A DNA stretch of 64,000 nucleotides from an uncultured Candidatus Saccharibacteria bacterium (GCA_964362125.1 CAYICS010000002.1:9302-73301); one strand, 5' to 3'; positions 40,822 through 50,757 are shown, counted from the stretch's first letter. Notes: generated by a model from the letters alone, not told the origin. A program made the numbers and translations.

Positions 40822-41823
40822 ATGGATGTAATCGCAGTATCTCTTTCCCTGACGGGTGTTTTGTTCATTGCCAGTCACAATATCGTTAAACGAATATCTC
40901 TTCGTGACGGTCAGTTAACTCCCAGCGAGTTTCTGGCTGTATCTCAAGGAATTGCTGTTCTTTTCCTGGCGGCGATGATTTTATGGGAAGGATTTGACGC
41001 GCCATCCCATTTTAATTCAAGAATTTTCTGGATGGCGGTTTTTATCACCGCCGTCATTAACATCTTGATTCAGTATGCCAATGCTCGGGCGGCCCAACTT
41101 GCCGAGGCCTCGCTGATTGCTCCCATTCAGGCGCTCACTCCGGGATTAGTTACCATCACTGCTTTGACTTTAGGAGAGCAACCTACCCTACAGGGAATTG
41201 CCGGAATTGGTTTGATCGCCTTGGGTACTTATATCCATGGCCGCGAGAACGCCACTACTCTGCGGGAGTATCTTTATCCTTTTGCCTTTCTCAGGCTTCC
41301 GGCTAATTTCAAAGAGTTGCCATTAATAGCCCAGCGACAGGCATTAAGTAACCGGACCGCGCTTCGTTTCGCTTATGGTTCGGCAGTGGCCGGCTCTGTG
41401 GCTTTGGTTTTTGACGGTTTGTTAGCTCGTAATGGCAATGTAGCCTTAGGTATGATGGTTAAGTGGCTGATCTTAACTCTATTTTTCGGCTCGGCGGCGA
41501 TAGCGGGGTTATTCCGGAATGACGTCTATTCTCAAAAAAGAAAAATCTTCGGAAAATGGCGCTTGCTTCTTGGAGCGGGAATTTTTTTGGGTCTTAATGA
41601 GGTGTTGATAGGAACAGCTTTTCGGGTGGCGCCCATAGCCTACATCGGCAGTCTCAAACGTCTAAGCATCATCTTTATTACTCTTCTCTCTTGGTGGATT
41701 TTAAGAGAGGCAAAGGCCAAGCGTCGCCTTTTCCCGGCTTTATTGGTAACAGGCGGCGCAATCCTCTTGGCAACAGACGGCAGTATGGCCCGCCTTGTGA
41801 ATTATCTTGATTTTGTGTTATAG
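40822..41823 (+). CDS. EamA/DMT-superfamily membrane transporter
   Basis: 333 aa, with about 10 TM helices arranged as two repeated halves. Confidence 0.5.
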   Translation: MDVIAVSLSLTGVLFIASHNIVKRISLRDGQLTPSEFLAVSQGIAVLFLAAMILWEGFDAPSHFNSRIFWMAVFITAVINILIQYANARAAQLAEASLIAPIQALTPGLVTITALTLGEQPTLQGIAGIGLIALGTYIHGRENATTLREYLYPFAFLRLPANFKELPLIAQRQALSNRTALRFAYGSAVAGSVALVFDGLLARNGNVALGMMVKWLILTLFFGSAAIAGLFRNDVYSQKRKIFGKWRLLLGAGIFLGLNEVLIGTAFRVAPIAYIGSLKRLSIIFITLLSWWILREAKAKRRLFPALLVTGGAILLATDGSMARLVNYLDFVL

Positions 41824-41875
41824 TAAGCCCAGCAGCTCTTCTTAATCTAAAACTCTCAGGAAAGGAGCAGTTTCT

Positions 41876-42325
41876 ATGTCTCAACAGACAGTGCGCCGTC
41901 AGTGTCAGGTGGTGGATAAAGAGAAAATACAAAGTATGTGCGATTGGCCCAACCAGACAGGGTGTTTGGTGGTAGAACCATCACAGGAGTTGTACAAACT
42001 TGGTTTCCCGGTAAGGGTGGTTCATGATTGTGATGCTATCCTTCCCATGGCCGAAGCGCATCCTCATCAAGATGATCTCTGGCTTTGTGTTTCTGGCAGG
42101 GCTTTATTTTGTATCGGCGGCAAGCTCGACGGCGAACGAAAAATGGGTGATGATGGCAAAACAGTGCTGGCCCCGGGTATTGTTGGCGGCCGAGACATTG
42201 TTTTGGAGCCCGGCCATTGGCTGCACATCCCGGCTGGGCAGCCCCATCGGCATGGCGCTCAAGGATTGGCCTGTCTTCTCATCATCAAGATTCCGCCGCC
42301 AGAGGGAGAAGTCTCTATTGAATAA
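41876..42325 (+). CDS. Cupin-domain protein
   Basis: Carries GHWLHIPAGQPHRH, a cupin motif. Confidence 0.5.
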   Translation: MSQQTVRRQCQVVDKEKIQSMCDWPNQTGCLVVEPSQELYKLGFPVRVVHDCDAILPMAEAHPHQDDLWLCVSGRALFCIGGKLDGERKMGDDGKTVLAPGIVGGRDIVLEPGHWLHIPAGQPHRHGAQGLACLLIIKIPPPEGEVSIE

Positions 42326-42385
42326 CTTGGGTGTAGAATCCAAACGGAGGCGTATCAGCCGCTGATACGCCTTCTTTATTAAAAT

Positions 42386-43186
42386 ATGAAAACATTGGAG
42401 AAATACTTAAAAAGAAAAAAAATAATTATTAGAAATCGGTTAATTACTGTGAATTATTTTTATCGTCCTGGCAGCGCAGGATTAATTATTTTTATCCCCG
42501 GATTAGGATGCTTAAAAGAAGAATACAGTGGGGCATTCCAATCAGGATTATTGAAGCGATTCGCTTTATTGGTTTTTGATTGGCCGCAGGAACAGCTTAA
42601 TCTAAGAGATATTGCTTATATTACTCATCAAATTGCCGGGGGTTATGCCAAGAAATATATAATTGTTAGTCATAGCGCCGGAGGCGCCGCGGGATTACTT
42701 TGTATTAAAGAAAAACCGCAAAATGTGGTTGGCTTCGTAAATATTGAAGGCAGTTTAATTGCCGATAATGCCAGATGGTCCCGTAAAATAGTGAAGATGG
42801 GGATTAAATCGCTTCGTGAAAAAAACTTCGGTTCGCTGGTGCGATCTTTACAAACTTCAAAAAACCCCGGTTTCCGGAATTACGGCAAAGAGCTCGCAGG
42901 TATTTCAATAAAATCTTATTTTAGTTACAGCCGTTCTCATGCTCGTTATGTTCAGGGAGAGCGATTGCTTAATCAATATATTAAACTTAATATACCTAAA
43001 ATTTTTATCTATGGCATTCAAAATAAAAGCTGGAAAAATACAATTAAGAAACTTAAAGAGGGGAAATGCGCCGTTGCCAATATTCCCAAAAGTCATCACT
43101 TTCCGCACATAGATAATCCCCGATATTTTTATAATTTTATATATAAGTTTGCCCGGAAAATTTTTATTTCTTCCACTGGTGTTTAA
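42386..43186 (+). CDS. Alpha/beta-hydrolase-fold protein
   Basis: Carries a VSHSAGGAAG nucleophile-elbow-like motif. The gene is 266 aa. Confidence 0.45.
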   Translation: MKTLEKYLKRKKIIIRNRLITVNYFYRPGSAGLIIFIPGLGCLKEEYSGAFQSGLLKRFALLVFDWPQEQLNLRDIAYITHQIAGGYAKKYIIVSHSAGGAAGLLCIKEKPQNVVGFVNIEGSLIADNARWSRKIVKMGIKSLREKNFGSLVRSLQTSKNPGFRNYGKELAGISIKSYFSYSRSHARYVQGERLLNQYIKLNIPKIFIYGIQNKSWKNTIKKLKEGKCAVANIPKSHHFPHIDNPRYFYNFIYKFARKIFISSTGV

Positions 43187-43212
43187 CGTTAAGATGCTGT
43201 TGGGATTTTACT

Positions 43213-43250
43213 AAACTAACTCGACGATCGTCAAGTTAGTTTAGTGGATA
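43213..43250. promoter_or_regulatory. 17-bp inverted repeat (actaaactaactcgacg / cgtcaagttagtttagt), an operator-like or terminator hairpin
   Basis: Near-perfect palindrome with 1 mismatch, centred on gatcg. It lies downstream of the hydrolase gene and upstream of a TTGACT...TATATC promoter-like region. Confidence 0.35.
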
Positions 43251-43382
43251 AAAAATTCATCAAATCACAAAGTTACAATATTGACTTTTATCACTTTTTA
43301 AAATATTATCGTTATATCGTTATCAAGATTAGCTATGGGCTAGTCCTTGATGTTCTTTGGTAAACTTTTAGGAGAACCAGTA

Positions 43383-44477
43383 ATGTCCATGAATGCCGGC
43401 GAGAAACAGCATGCTCACGACCCACAGGGGACACTTTTTGAAGGTCTGTTTCCAGTAATGTATGCAATGGAGGGCTTGGTTAAAGGCGGCTATCTGCGTC
43501 AATCGAGGTACACTGCTTTACTGGCAGATACCCACAGCGGCGGCTTGATAGGGAAAAACGTTCTTGACCTTGGCTGTGGATATGGCACAACCACTTTTGC
43601 AGCGGCCGGGTTTTATCCGGCGTCGATTACTGCCACAGACCGTTCTCAAGCAATGATTGAGATGATGCGGCTGGTATTGTTAAGCTCCGGAAGTATCGAG
43701 GACTGGTTATTAGCGCTTGGCGCTGATCAGCTATTAAAAGAGAAACTAAGTGATTTAACCAAATTCTTGGGACAGATGCGTCAGTGTTTCCATTTAAGCA
43801 GTTTTTGGAAACATCATCATCCGCTCGAGATACTCAATTATGGACTCTTTGAGTTCCCCACCCCAACAGATCTTTTTGATGTGGTAGTAGCTAATAATGT
43901 TCTGCATTGGCCCATCAATCAACTTAAGGCCGATTTAGAGAAAACCGGTCAGCAGACAACAGTTGATCGTTGTACTGCCGAGGTCTTGAATCAAGCGCGG
44001 CGTTTGATAAAACCAAAGGGTATTTTGGTGATAATGGAACCCAAGGCCCTGACTGTCTTTGATACTCACCCGCTTCTGGAAGCGAGTTTTTCGGAGTTGA
44101 ACGACGGTAATCACCCGGTTTTTATCAAACTCAATAACTTAATCAACCAGATTCTCCAGCGAGATTATAACATTACCCGGAATACACCTAGAAATCCGGA
44201 TATGTTTAGAGTTAGTCAGATGGATGGATTAGCTGTTGACGCCGGATTTAGGTTGATTAAGACGACGGCAGTGGAAGAACTCACAATGATGCCGGCGATT
44301 GAATTTTTCCCTATCAATGTGCCGATCAACTTAGGCGCCATCAACCTACCTCTTCTGGAAAAAATGAAAGTAGTCCAAGAGGCAACGGTTGGGCTGGAAC
44401 CCCTACTGTCGGAAGAAGAAAGGACGATGCCGATGCGGGGGCAATCGTTTTATTTTACTTTCCAGGCAGTTGATTAA
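43383..44477 (+). CDS. Class I SAM-dependent methyltransferase. The ORF track starts it at 43347; the RBS supports 43383.
   Basis: AGGAG lies 7 nt before ATG 43383. Motif I reads VLDLGCGYGTTT, and NNVLHW follows. Confidence 0.6.
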   Translation: MSMNAGEKQHAHDPQGTLFEGLFPVMYAMEGLVKGGYLRQSRYTALLADTHSGGLIGKNVLDLGCGYGTTTFAAAGFYPASITATDRSQAMIEMMRLVLLSSGSIEDWLLALGADQLLKEKLSDLTKFLGQMRQCFHLSSFWKHHHPLEILNYGLFEFPTPTDLFDVVVANNVLHWPINQLKADLEKTGQQTTVDRCTAEVLNQARRLIKPKGILVIMEPKALTVFDTHPLLEASFSELNDGNHPVFIKLNNLINQILQRDYNITRNTPRNPDMFRVSQMDGLAVDAGFRLIKTTAVEELTMMPAIEFFPINVPINLGAINLPLLEKMKVVQEATVGLEPLLSEEERTMPMRGQSFYFTFQAVD

Positions 44478-44506
44478 AACGGCTGGCTTTAAAACCAGTC
44501 CTCAGA

Positions 44507-44536
44507 AACCCGCTTCGAAGGAGGCGGGGTTTTTTA
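44507..44536 (+). terminator. Rho-independent terminator
   Basis: aacccgc-ttcgaaggag-gcggggtt followed by tttttat. Confidence 0.6.
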
Positions 44537-44580
44537 TAATAGACAAAAATCAGATAAGCGTGCTAATCTAATGATTAATA

Positions 44581-45084
44581 ATGATTTCAAAAAAATTAAG
44601 CTTAAAATTAAAGAAAATTAAATTACTAGCCCTTGATTTTGACGGCGTTTTTACCGATGGCAAGGTTTATCTTAATCAAGACGGCATTGAGACTGTGGTT
44701 TGCAGTCGTCGTGACAGTTTGGGCTTGAATCGATTAAAGAAATTAGGCATTAAATTGGCGGTGATCTCCATGGAGCCCAATCCGATTGTGGCTAAAAGAT
44801 GTGAAAAACTTAAAATTGAAATGCTTTATAGTCCTGAAGGAAAAGGCGAGTTGCTTAAGCAATTGGTAAATAGAGAAAAGCTTTCACCTAACGAAGTTGG
44901 TTATATGGGAGACGATCTTAATGATCTTGATTGTTTAAAGTACGCGGGGGCGGCTTTCACTGTGGCTGATGGAGCTTTTCCTTGCTTAAAAACAGCTGAT
45001 TATGTTACCAAAAGAAAATCAGGAGATCATGCCCTTCGTGAAGTATGCGATCTGATTTTAAGAGCTTATGGACAAGAAACATAA
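44581..45084 (+). CDS. KdsC-family (HAD-IIIA) sugar-acid phosphate phosphatase
   Basis: Carries LALDFDGVFTDG, RRDSLG and MGDDLNDL. The first ~45 nt of the coding sequence are near-identical to the 5' end of the 39637 gene. Confidence 0.75.
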   Translation: MISKKLSLKLKKIKLLALDFDGVFTDGKVYLNQDGIETVVCSRRDSLGLNRLKKLGIKLAVISMEPNPIVAKRCEKLKIEMLYSPEGKGELLKQLVNREKLSPNEVGYMGDDLNDLDCLKYAGAAFTVADGAFPCLKTADYVTKRKSGDHALREVCDLILRAYGQET

Positions 45085-45892
45085 AATTGGAAGAAAAACC
45101 GCCTTATTAACCGGAGCATCTGGTTTTTTCGGCAGACAATTCACTGAGGCCTTATTAAACACCGGATTAAAAGTGATCGCTATTGATCAAAATAAAAATG
45201 GACTGGAGTCGATGAGAAAAGAATTAAACGGGAGATTTGGTCATAAACTTTTCACTTATCAAGTTGATCTTTATAATCGTAATCAAACCAAAGAATTATA
45301 CAGAAAAATTATCAAAGAGCATAAAAAGATTGATATTTTAGTCAATAACGCTTTTGATTTTAGCAGTAAAACCGGTTTTAACACGCCAGAAGGCAAGATT
45401 GAAAAAGCCACCCACGATCAATTTTTAGCTTGTTTTGAAGCTGGTGTTTATTGGGCTTTTGAAACCACTCAAGTTTTTGGTTTAGCTATGAAAGGCAATG
45501 GCGGCGGCTTAATTGTCAATATCGGAACAATGTACGCCCAATTTGTGCCTAACCCGTCTCTTTATGAAGGAACGCCGCAATTTAATCCATGGGGTTACAG
45601 CGCCAGCAAGGGAGCTTTATTGCAGTTCACCCGCTATGCGGCGGCTTGGTTGGCTCCGGAAGTACGGGTAAATATGATTTCCCCCGGCGTTTTTCCTCAT
45701 CCGCCGAAAGGAACCAAGAATCCGCCCAGTTCGGCGGTGTTAGATCGCCTGCAAAAAAAAATTCTTTTGCGGCGGGTGGGCAAACCGGAAGATTTAGTCG
45801 GGGCGCTGTTGTTTCTGATTTCTGATGCTTCCAGTTATATCACTGGCCAAAATTTTTGTATTGACGGCGGGATTACCGTGACTGTGACTTAA
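45068..45892 (+). CDS. Short-chain dehydrogenase/reductase, paralogue 1
   Basis: Carries TGASGFFG, NNAF, YSASKGAL and DGGITVTV. Confidence 0.75.
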   Translation: MDKKHKIGRKTALLTGASGFFGRQFTEALLNTGLKVIAIDQNKNGLESMRKELNGRFGHKLFTYQVDLYNRNQTKELYRKIIKEHKKIDILVNNAFDFSSKTGFNTPEGKIEKATHDQFLACFEAGVYWAFETTQVFGLAMKGNGGGLIVNIGTMYAQFVPNPSLYEGTPQFNPWGYSASKGALLQFTRYAAAWLAPEVRVNMISPGVFPHPPKGTKNPPSSAVLDRLQKKILLRRVGKPEDLVGALLFLISDASSYITGQNFCIDGGITVTVT

Positions 45893-45973
45893 CCGAGACT
45901 TAAATAAAATCAACCCCACCTTATGAGATGGGGTTGTGGTTGTGATGGGTTTCATAGTCCCTGCAAACCAGCC

Positions 45974-46633
45974 CTATTGAGGCGGCAGGGTTAAGGGATT
46001 AATCCCCCAGGCTGTCAGGATGAAATTGGCAAAATCGCGGAAGGCGCCGTTGCCGCCGGAACGTTGCGAGACAAAGTCAACGATGCTTCTGATGGCAATA
46101 TCGGCGTTGGCTGGGGCGGCTCTTAAAAGCACCTTTCGTAGAATTTCCACATCTACTAAATCGTCGCCCATATAGGCGCAATCACTAAAAGTCAGGCCAA
46201 CTTCTTTAAGCCACTCCTCGGCTTTGGCAACTTTGCCGCCGCCGTAACTGCCTTCGTAAAGCCGGACAAGCTCCCAGCCGCCATCACCCGGGGCCTTGGA
46301 AGTAGAAGATAATTTGTTCCACTTCTCAACCACATCCCTGATATGCCGGCTGGCCTCGTTTTTTTCAGAGGTGATCAGGCAAACACGGACACCGATGGCT
46401 CGGAGTAAAGAGACGCCTTGGCCATCGTAGTAACTGCGCCTTTTGGATGGACTAAGTGGATCAACGGTATTATCAGTAAAGACCCCATCCACGTCCGAGA
46501 TGACAGCCCGAATGATTCCGGCTTTATTCCAGACCGCCTCAGAAGATTCGCCTGTCACCATATCTATGAAATGGTCTCTCGGTATGATCATTTTATTCTC
46601 CTTATTCTCCTCTTCAACAGTTTCGTTTGTCAA
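45974..46633 (-). CDS. KdsC-family phosphatase with an N-terminal extension
   Basis: Carries VISDVDGVFTD, YDGQG, MGDDLVD and GGNGAFRDF. Confidence 0.7.
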   Translation of the reverse strand: MTNETVEEENKENKMIIPRDHFIDMVTGESSEAVWNKAGIIRAVISDVDGVFTDNTVDPLSPSKRRSYYDGQGVSLLRAIGVRVCLITSEKNEASRHIRDVVEKWNKLSSTSKAPGDGGWELVRLYEGSYGGGKVAKAEEWLKEVGLTFSDCAYMGDDLVDVEILRKVLLRAAPANADIAIRSIVDFVSQRSGGNGAFRDFANFILTAWGINPLTLPPQ

Positions 46634-46717
46634 AGTGCGCCGAAGAACATCTTCGGCAATAGCCGGGATATTATCATAAAAAATCCCCCGGTGTCAAGGA
46701 CACCGAGGGGGGGTTGG

Positions 46718-48472
46718 TTAGCCGGTCAGATCAAGAATCTCGAGAGTCCGGCCGCTGTCAACCAGTTCCCGAGCCCGCAGGAAAACATCCATTGGCATGT
46801 CGCTGTAGTTGAGCGGGTCACCGGTCTTGGGATTATGCAAGAGTTTGGTGGCGTCGTCTAACTCCAGAACATACTGCTCGAAATTCTCATCGCAGATCGG
46901 CTGGTCGAACTGATCAAACTGGATGCCAAACACTTCCCAAAGCATCTGGCGAACCTTGGGATGGTTGCCCATGCTTGTTCCCGGATACCAGGTGGCAGTG
47001 AACATCCGTTTGTTGACTGTCTCCGGCCCCTTACCGCATTGGGCATAGAACTGCTCTTGCCAGCGCATAAAGGCCACACTCTGCTTGAGGTTAGCCAAGG
47101 TCTCGGTGGGGTAGGCCATGATCCAGGTGCAGTTGGCATGGATTCCGGCATACTCACAGTTCTCTGTGCCCTCCACCATACTGCGGGGGAACTCCATTTC
47201 CCGGCCATCAACTTTGACAGTTACCATCCCGTTACTCAGGATAAAACCGCCTTTGTGCATGGCCTCCAGGACTGGCGGTGAAGCGCTCTCGGCTCCAAAG
47301 CCGATGTAGACACAGCCAGCTTTAGCCATTGAATCAATGCGCTTGGGATCTTCCACTAGCCCTGTTTTGGGATGGCGGCCGGCGGCCTCATCCATCCGGG
47401 TATGAGTCCCCCAACGCATCTTCAGGGGCGCCAGCCACGGCTCTATATCCTGAACAATCCGTTTCTGGGTAACGGCGAAGTTGTCATCAGGCATGCCGAT
47501 GAAATCCACCCCATACTTATCGATATGGGACAGGAAAATCCTCGCCAATCTTTTACCAGAAAACACACCATAAGTACGTTCGCCTTGCGCTCCCCTAAAG
47601 CAGAAATCGCAGGCATGGGGACAACCGCGGCTGGAAACAAAAGTAGTACTGCGGCTCATGGCGAAGGAAGTGGCCGAGCTGTTATTGGCAGAAACTCCCC
47701 AGTTGGCATTGCCGATGTAACACTCCAACAGTCGGTTGCCGTTGACATCTTCCCGCAGTAGTTCCAGATCGGCAATGGCTAGACTATCCAGATCTTTGGG
47801 TCGGCCGCCATCATAAAGAAAGCGGTGCCGGCCATTGATGAAGCCGCGGTAGTAGGGTTGGACTTCGCCCCAATTGACAGCGCTTGTCCGGCCTCGATCT
47901 CTAATTGCCTTGGCATCATAGGCAATTTTGAGAATCACCTCGTCGCCTTCAGAATGAGCCACGCCATCCAGTTCAGGAATGTAGTTGAACAAACCTAAGC
48001 GCAGTTCAGTAGCCAAGCCATTGCCGCTGACCAGAAACACATCCGGCAAAAGCCGCCGGATGAGCTTGGCTACTGCTTTCTGCCACGGGAGAGTGGTGAT
48101 GATGCCGGAAAAGGCGACTAGATTCGGTTCGCCGTGAAAAAGAATGTGTTTTTTAATCAACTCCTCGGCTTCAGCCAGTGTCAGATGCCGGCCATTAGGC
48201 AGGCCGCGCTCCTGAGCCAGCTGGTCTTTGATCCGGTAGGCATTAAGGTCAATAATACTGGCCTCAACGCCGTAGTTGTCCCGGAGATTGGTGGCCAGCA
48301 TCAATGGCCCTTCCGGCGTGGTGTTGGGCACCGCGCTCTCCCGTAAAGGCATATTGATGAAAACCACCCGCAGACCAGCCAAATCTCTGTGGCTGATAGA
48401 ACTAACCACCGGGCCCGGGTCAACATACTGTCCCAGCTCCAAGCTGGTTACCGGCAACAGAACTGTGCTCAT
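46718..48472 (-). CDS. B12-binding-domain radical SAM protein (class-B-like)
   Basis: A CPHACDFC (Cx3Cx2C) cluster lies after an N-terminal Rossmann/B12-binding-like domain (VVFINMP...LVAFSG). The gene is 584 aa and relatively GC-rich. Confidence 0.6.
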   Translation of the reverse strand: MSTVLLPVTSLELGQYVDPGPVVSSISHRDLAGLRVVFINMPLRESAVPNTTPEGPLMLATNLRDNYGVEASIIDLNAYRIKDQLAQERGLPNGRHLTLAEAEELIKKHILFHGEPNLVAFSGIITTLPWQKAVAKLIRRLLPDVFLVSGNGLATELRLGLFNYIPELDGVAHSEGDEVILKIAYDAKAIRDRGRTSAVNWGEVQPYYRGFINGRHRFLYDGGRPKDLDSLAIADLELLREDVNGNRLLECYIGNANWGVSANNSSATSFAMSRSTTFVSSRGCPHACDFCFRGAQGERTYGVFSGKRLARIFLSHIDKYGVDFIGMPDDNFAVTQKRIVQDIEPWLAPLKMRWGTHTRMDEAAGRHPKTGLVEDPKRIDSMAKAGCVYIGFGAESASPPVLEAMHKGGFILSNGMVTVKVDGREMEFPRSMVEGTENCEYAGIHANCTWIMAYPTETLANLKQSVAFMRWQEQFYAQCGKGPETVNKRMFTATWYPGTSMGNHPKVRQMLWEVFGIQFDQFDQPICDENFEQYVLELDDATKLLHNPKTGDPLNYSDMPMDVFLRARELVDSGRTLEILDLTG

Positions 48473-48617
48473 CTTGCTATCCTCCAGTTTTGATTGATTA
48501 GATTGTAAAGGTGCTTTCTATTAATAATATACCACTTGCTAAAAAAATTGCTATATGCTAGTTTAGATAGTCTTTTGGCACCTCGGCAACCTGATAACCG
48601 AAAGAAGGGATAGAACG

Positions 48618-49448
48618 ATGACTGGATTGTTTTCTTTGACAGGCAAACTGGCAGTGCTGACTGGGGCGGCTGGCTTCTTTGGCCGGCCTTTTACCAAAGC
48701 CCTGCTTGAGGCCGACGCCACTGTCTTACTGCTTGACCGAAAAAGCGGCCAGCTCAACCAGTTGATTGAAGAACTGGTTCCGGGCTACGGCCGGGCACGA
48801 GCTATTTCTTATGCAGCTGATCTTTATCAGCCCCAAGAACGTGATCAGGTCTTTAAGCGGGTTTTGGAGGAGTGGGGCCCTCCTGACATTCTCATCAATA
48901 ACGCTTTTGACTTCACTGGCAGGACCGGTTTCAACATTGAAGCCGGCCGGCCGGAAAATACCACCTATGAACAACTGGAGGCCTGCTTCCAGTCAGCTTT
49001 CTACTGGGCCTTCTTCGCTACCCAAGCTCTGGGACCGAAGATGAAAGAACGCGGCCGCGGCTCGATCATCAACATCGGCACGATGTATGCTGACAGCGTC
49101 CCTAACATCAACAAGCTATATGCCGGCACCAATCAGTTCAATCCGCCCGGCTATAGCGCTGGCAAGGGCGCCTTACTGCAATTCACCAAGTACAGCGCTG
49201 CTTGGTTGGCGCCAAAGGTCCGAGTGAATATGATCTCTCCCGGCGCCTTTCCCCATCCGCCTGAAGGAACGCCCAACCCCGCCACTGAACTGGTATTGAG
49301 TCGGCTGCAGCAGAAGATTCTGCTGGAGCGAATGGGTAAGCCGGAGGATCTGATCGGCACCCTGATCTTTCTCGCTTCTGACGTTTCCAGCTACATCACC
49401 GGCGAGAACATTGGAGTCGATGGCGGCATCACAGTCACAGTCACGTAA
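48618..49448 (+). CDS. Short-chain dehydrogenase/reductase, paralogue 2
   Basis: About 60% identical to the 45068-45892 product, with the same TGAAGFFG, YSAGKGAL and DGGITVTVT blocks. Confidence 0.75.
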   Translation: MTGLFSLTGKLAVLTGAAGFFGRPFTKALLEADATVLLLDRKSGQLNQLIEELVPGYGRARAISYAADLYQPQERDQVFKRVLEEWGPPDILINNAFDFTGRTGFNIEAGRPENTTYEQLEACFQSAFYWAFFATQALGPKMKERGRGSIINIGTMYADSVPNINKLYAGTNQFNPPGYSAGKGALLQFTKYSAAWLAPKVRVNMISPGAFPHPPEGTPNPATELVLSRLQQKILLERMGKPEDLIGTLIFLASDVSSYITGENIGVDGGITVTVT

Positions 49449-49482
49449 TTAATCGGAGAAAAACGATCCACAATGGGGGCGG

Positions 49483-50541
49483 TTGACACCGCTCCTTTTT
49501 TTGTTCATATTAAAAGCTATTATGCCGCGGCGCTTTTTCCCCCAAAAATTTTTATCCCGCTTGGTCAGGTTTATTAAGAATCAGCCGCCTCTTGCCACAA
49601 AGGATGTTTTTATTGGCGGCCTGCCTGTTGGCCGGGGCCGCCCCTGCTTTTTTGCGGCAGAAATCGGGATTAACCACAATGGCAGTTTGGAAATTGCCAA
49701 GAAGCTTATTGATGCCGCCGCCTTTGCCGGCGCCCAAGCTGTTAAATTTCAAAAACGGACCGTTGCTAAAGTTTACTCTCCTGAAGAACTGGCCAAGCCG
49801 CGGGTTGTGGATAGGGCGGTTTTGGAAAATGCCGTTAAGCGCGGCGTCCTTTCCCGGGAAGCGGTTGAGCGGCTTCAACGCTCTGACTTTAAAGACAGCA
49901 CCAATGGCGATCTAAAATGGGCTTTGGAATTCACTGAATCTGAATATCGGGAATTATTTGCTTACGCTAAAGAGAGGGGCCTGCTTTGTTTTGCTTCGCC
50001 GTGGGATTTAGACAGTATTGATTTTTTGGAAAAACTTAATCCGCCCTGCCATAAGGTTGCTTCAGCTATGATTACTAATCATTCTCTTTTACGGAAAATC
50101 AGGACTACTGGCCGGCCCATCGTTCTTTCCACTGGTATGAGCACAATGGATGAAATAAAAGCGGCTATTAATATCGCTGGTCTGGATAATCTGATTATTC
50201 TTCATACTGTTTCCACTTATCCTTCAAAAGAAGAAGAGCTTAATTTGCAGTTAATTACCCATTTGCGCGGGCTTTTCCCAACTGTGCCTATTGGCTACAG
50301 CGGCCATGAAAAAACTCTTGCGCCATCATTAATGGCAGTCAGCTTAGGGGCGCACTTGATTGAACGTCATTTGACACTGGACAAAACAATGTTCGGCACT
50401 GATCAGTCGGCTAGCTTGGAGCCGCAGGAATTTGCCCAACTTATTCACGATGTGCGGCTGATAGAACAGGCGGCCGGCGGCCGGGTGAAGCAAGTGATGT
50501 CTTCAGAGGTGCCGATTAGAGAAAAACTACGGAAAGTTTAA
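49483..50541 (+). CDS. NeuB/PseI/LegI-family nonulosonate (or nonulosonate-9-phosphate) synthase
   Basis: Carries PCFFAAEIGINHNGSLEIAKKLIDAAAFAGAQAVKFQKR, the NeuB signature. The C-terminus looks short for a full SAF domain. The start could be 49483 or the ATG at 49522. Confidence 0.7.
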   Translation: MTPLLFLFILKAIMPRRFFPQKFLSRLVRFIKNQPPLATKDVFIGGLPVGRGRPCFFAAEIGINHNGSLEIAKKLIDAAAFAGAQAVKFQKRTVAKVYSPEELAKPRVVDRAVLENAVKRGVLSREAVERLQRSDFKDSTNGDLKWALEFTESEYRELFAYAKERGLLCFASPWDLDSIDFLEKLNPPCHKVASAMITNHSLLRKIRTTGRPIVLSTGMSTMDEIKAAINIAGLDNLIILHTVSTYPSKEEELNLQLITHLRGLFPTVPIGYSGHEKTLAPSLMAVSLGAHLIERHLTLDKTMFGTDQSASLEPQEFAQLIHDVRLIEQAAGGRVKQVMSSEVPIREKLRKV

Positions 50542-50703
50542 GAAGAATCTGTTAGTTAAAAATATTAACAACTTATGGTGCGGTCGTTATAAATTTGTTA
50601 ATATTTTCAACAAGTTTATTGGCAGTACCGCGCGGCAATAAAAGCTTGCCAAGATCTCGGGTTTATTATAATATATAGCCGGTTCTCAATAATCCAATAT
50701 AGA

Positions 50704-50743
50704 AATTTGTGTTGACGGCGGGATCACAGTCACTGTTACCTGA
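50704..50743 (+). pseudogene. Remnant of the 3' end of an SDR paralogue
   Basis: aatttgtgttgacggcgggatcacagtcactgttacctga encodes ..CVDGGITVTVT*, which matches the 3' ends of the genes at 45068 and 48618. No upstream homology remains. Confidence 0.4.
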
Positions 50744-50757
50744 AATGGAGGTGGATA

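Noticed and set aside
49483-49521. N-terminal 13-aa extension (MTPLLFLFILKAI) of the NeuB-like ORF as a signal peptide
   Set aside because: NeuB-family enzymes are cytoplasmic. The extension is more likely an artefact of choosing the longest ORF, and the ATG at 49522 is an equally plausible start.
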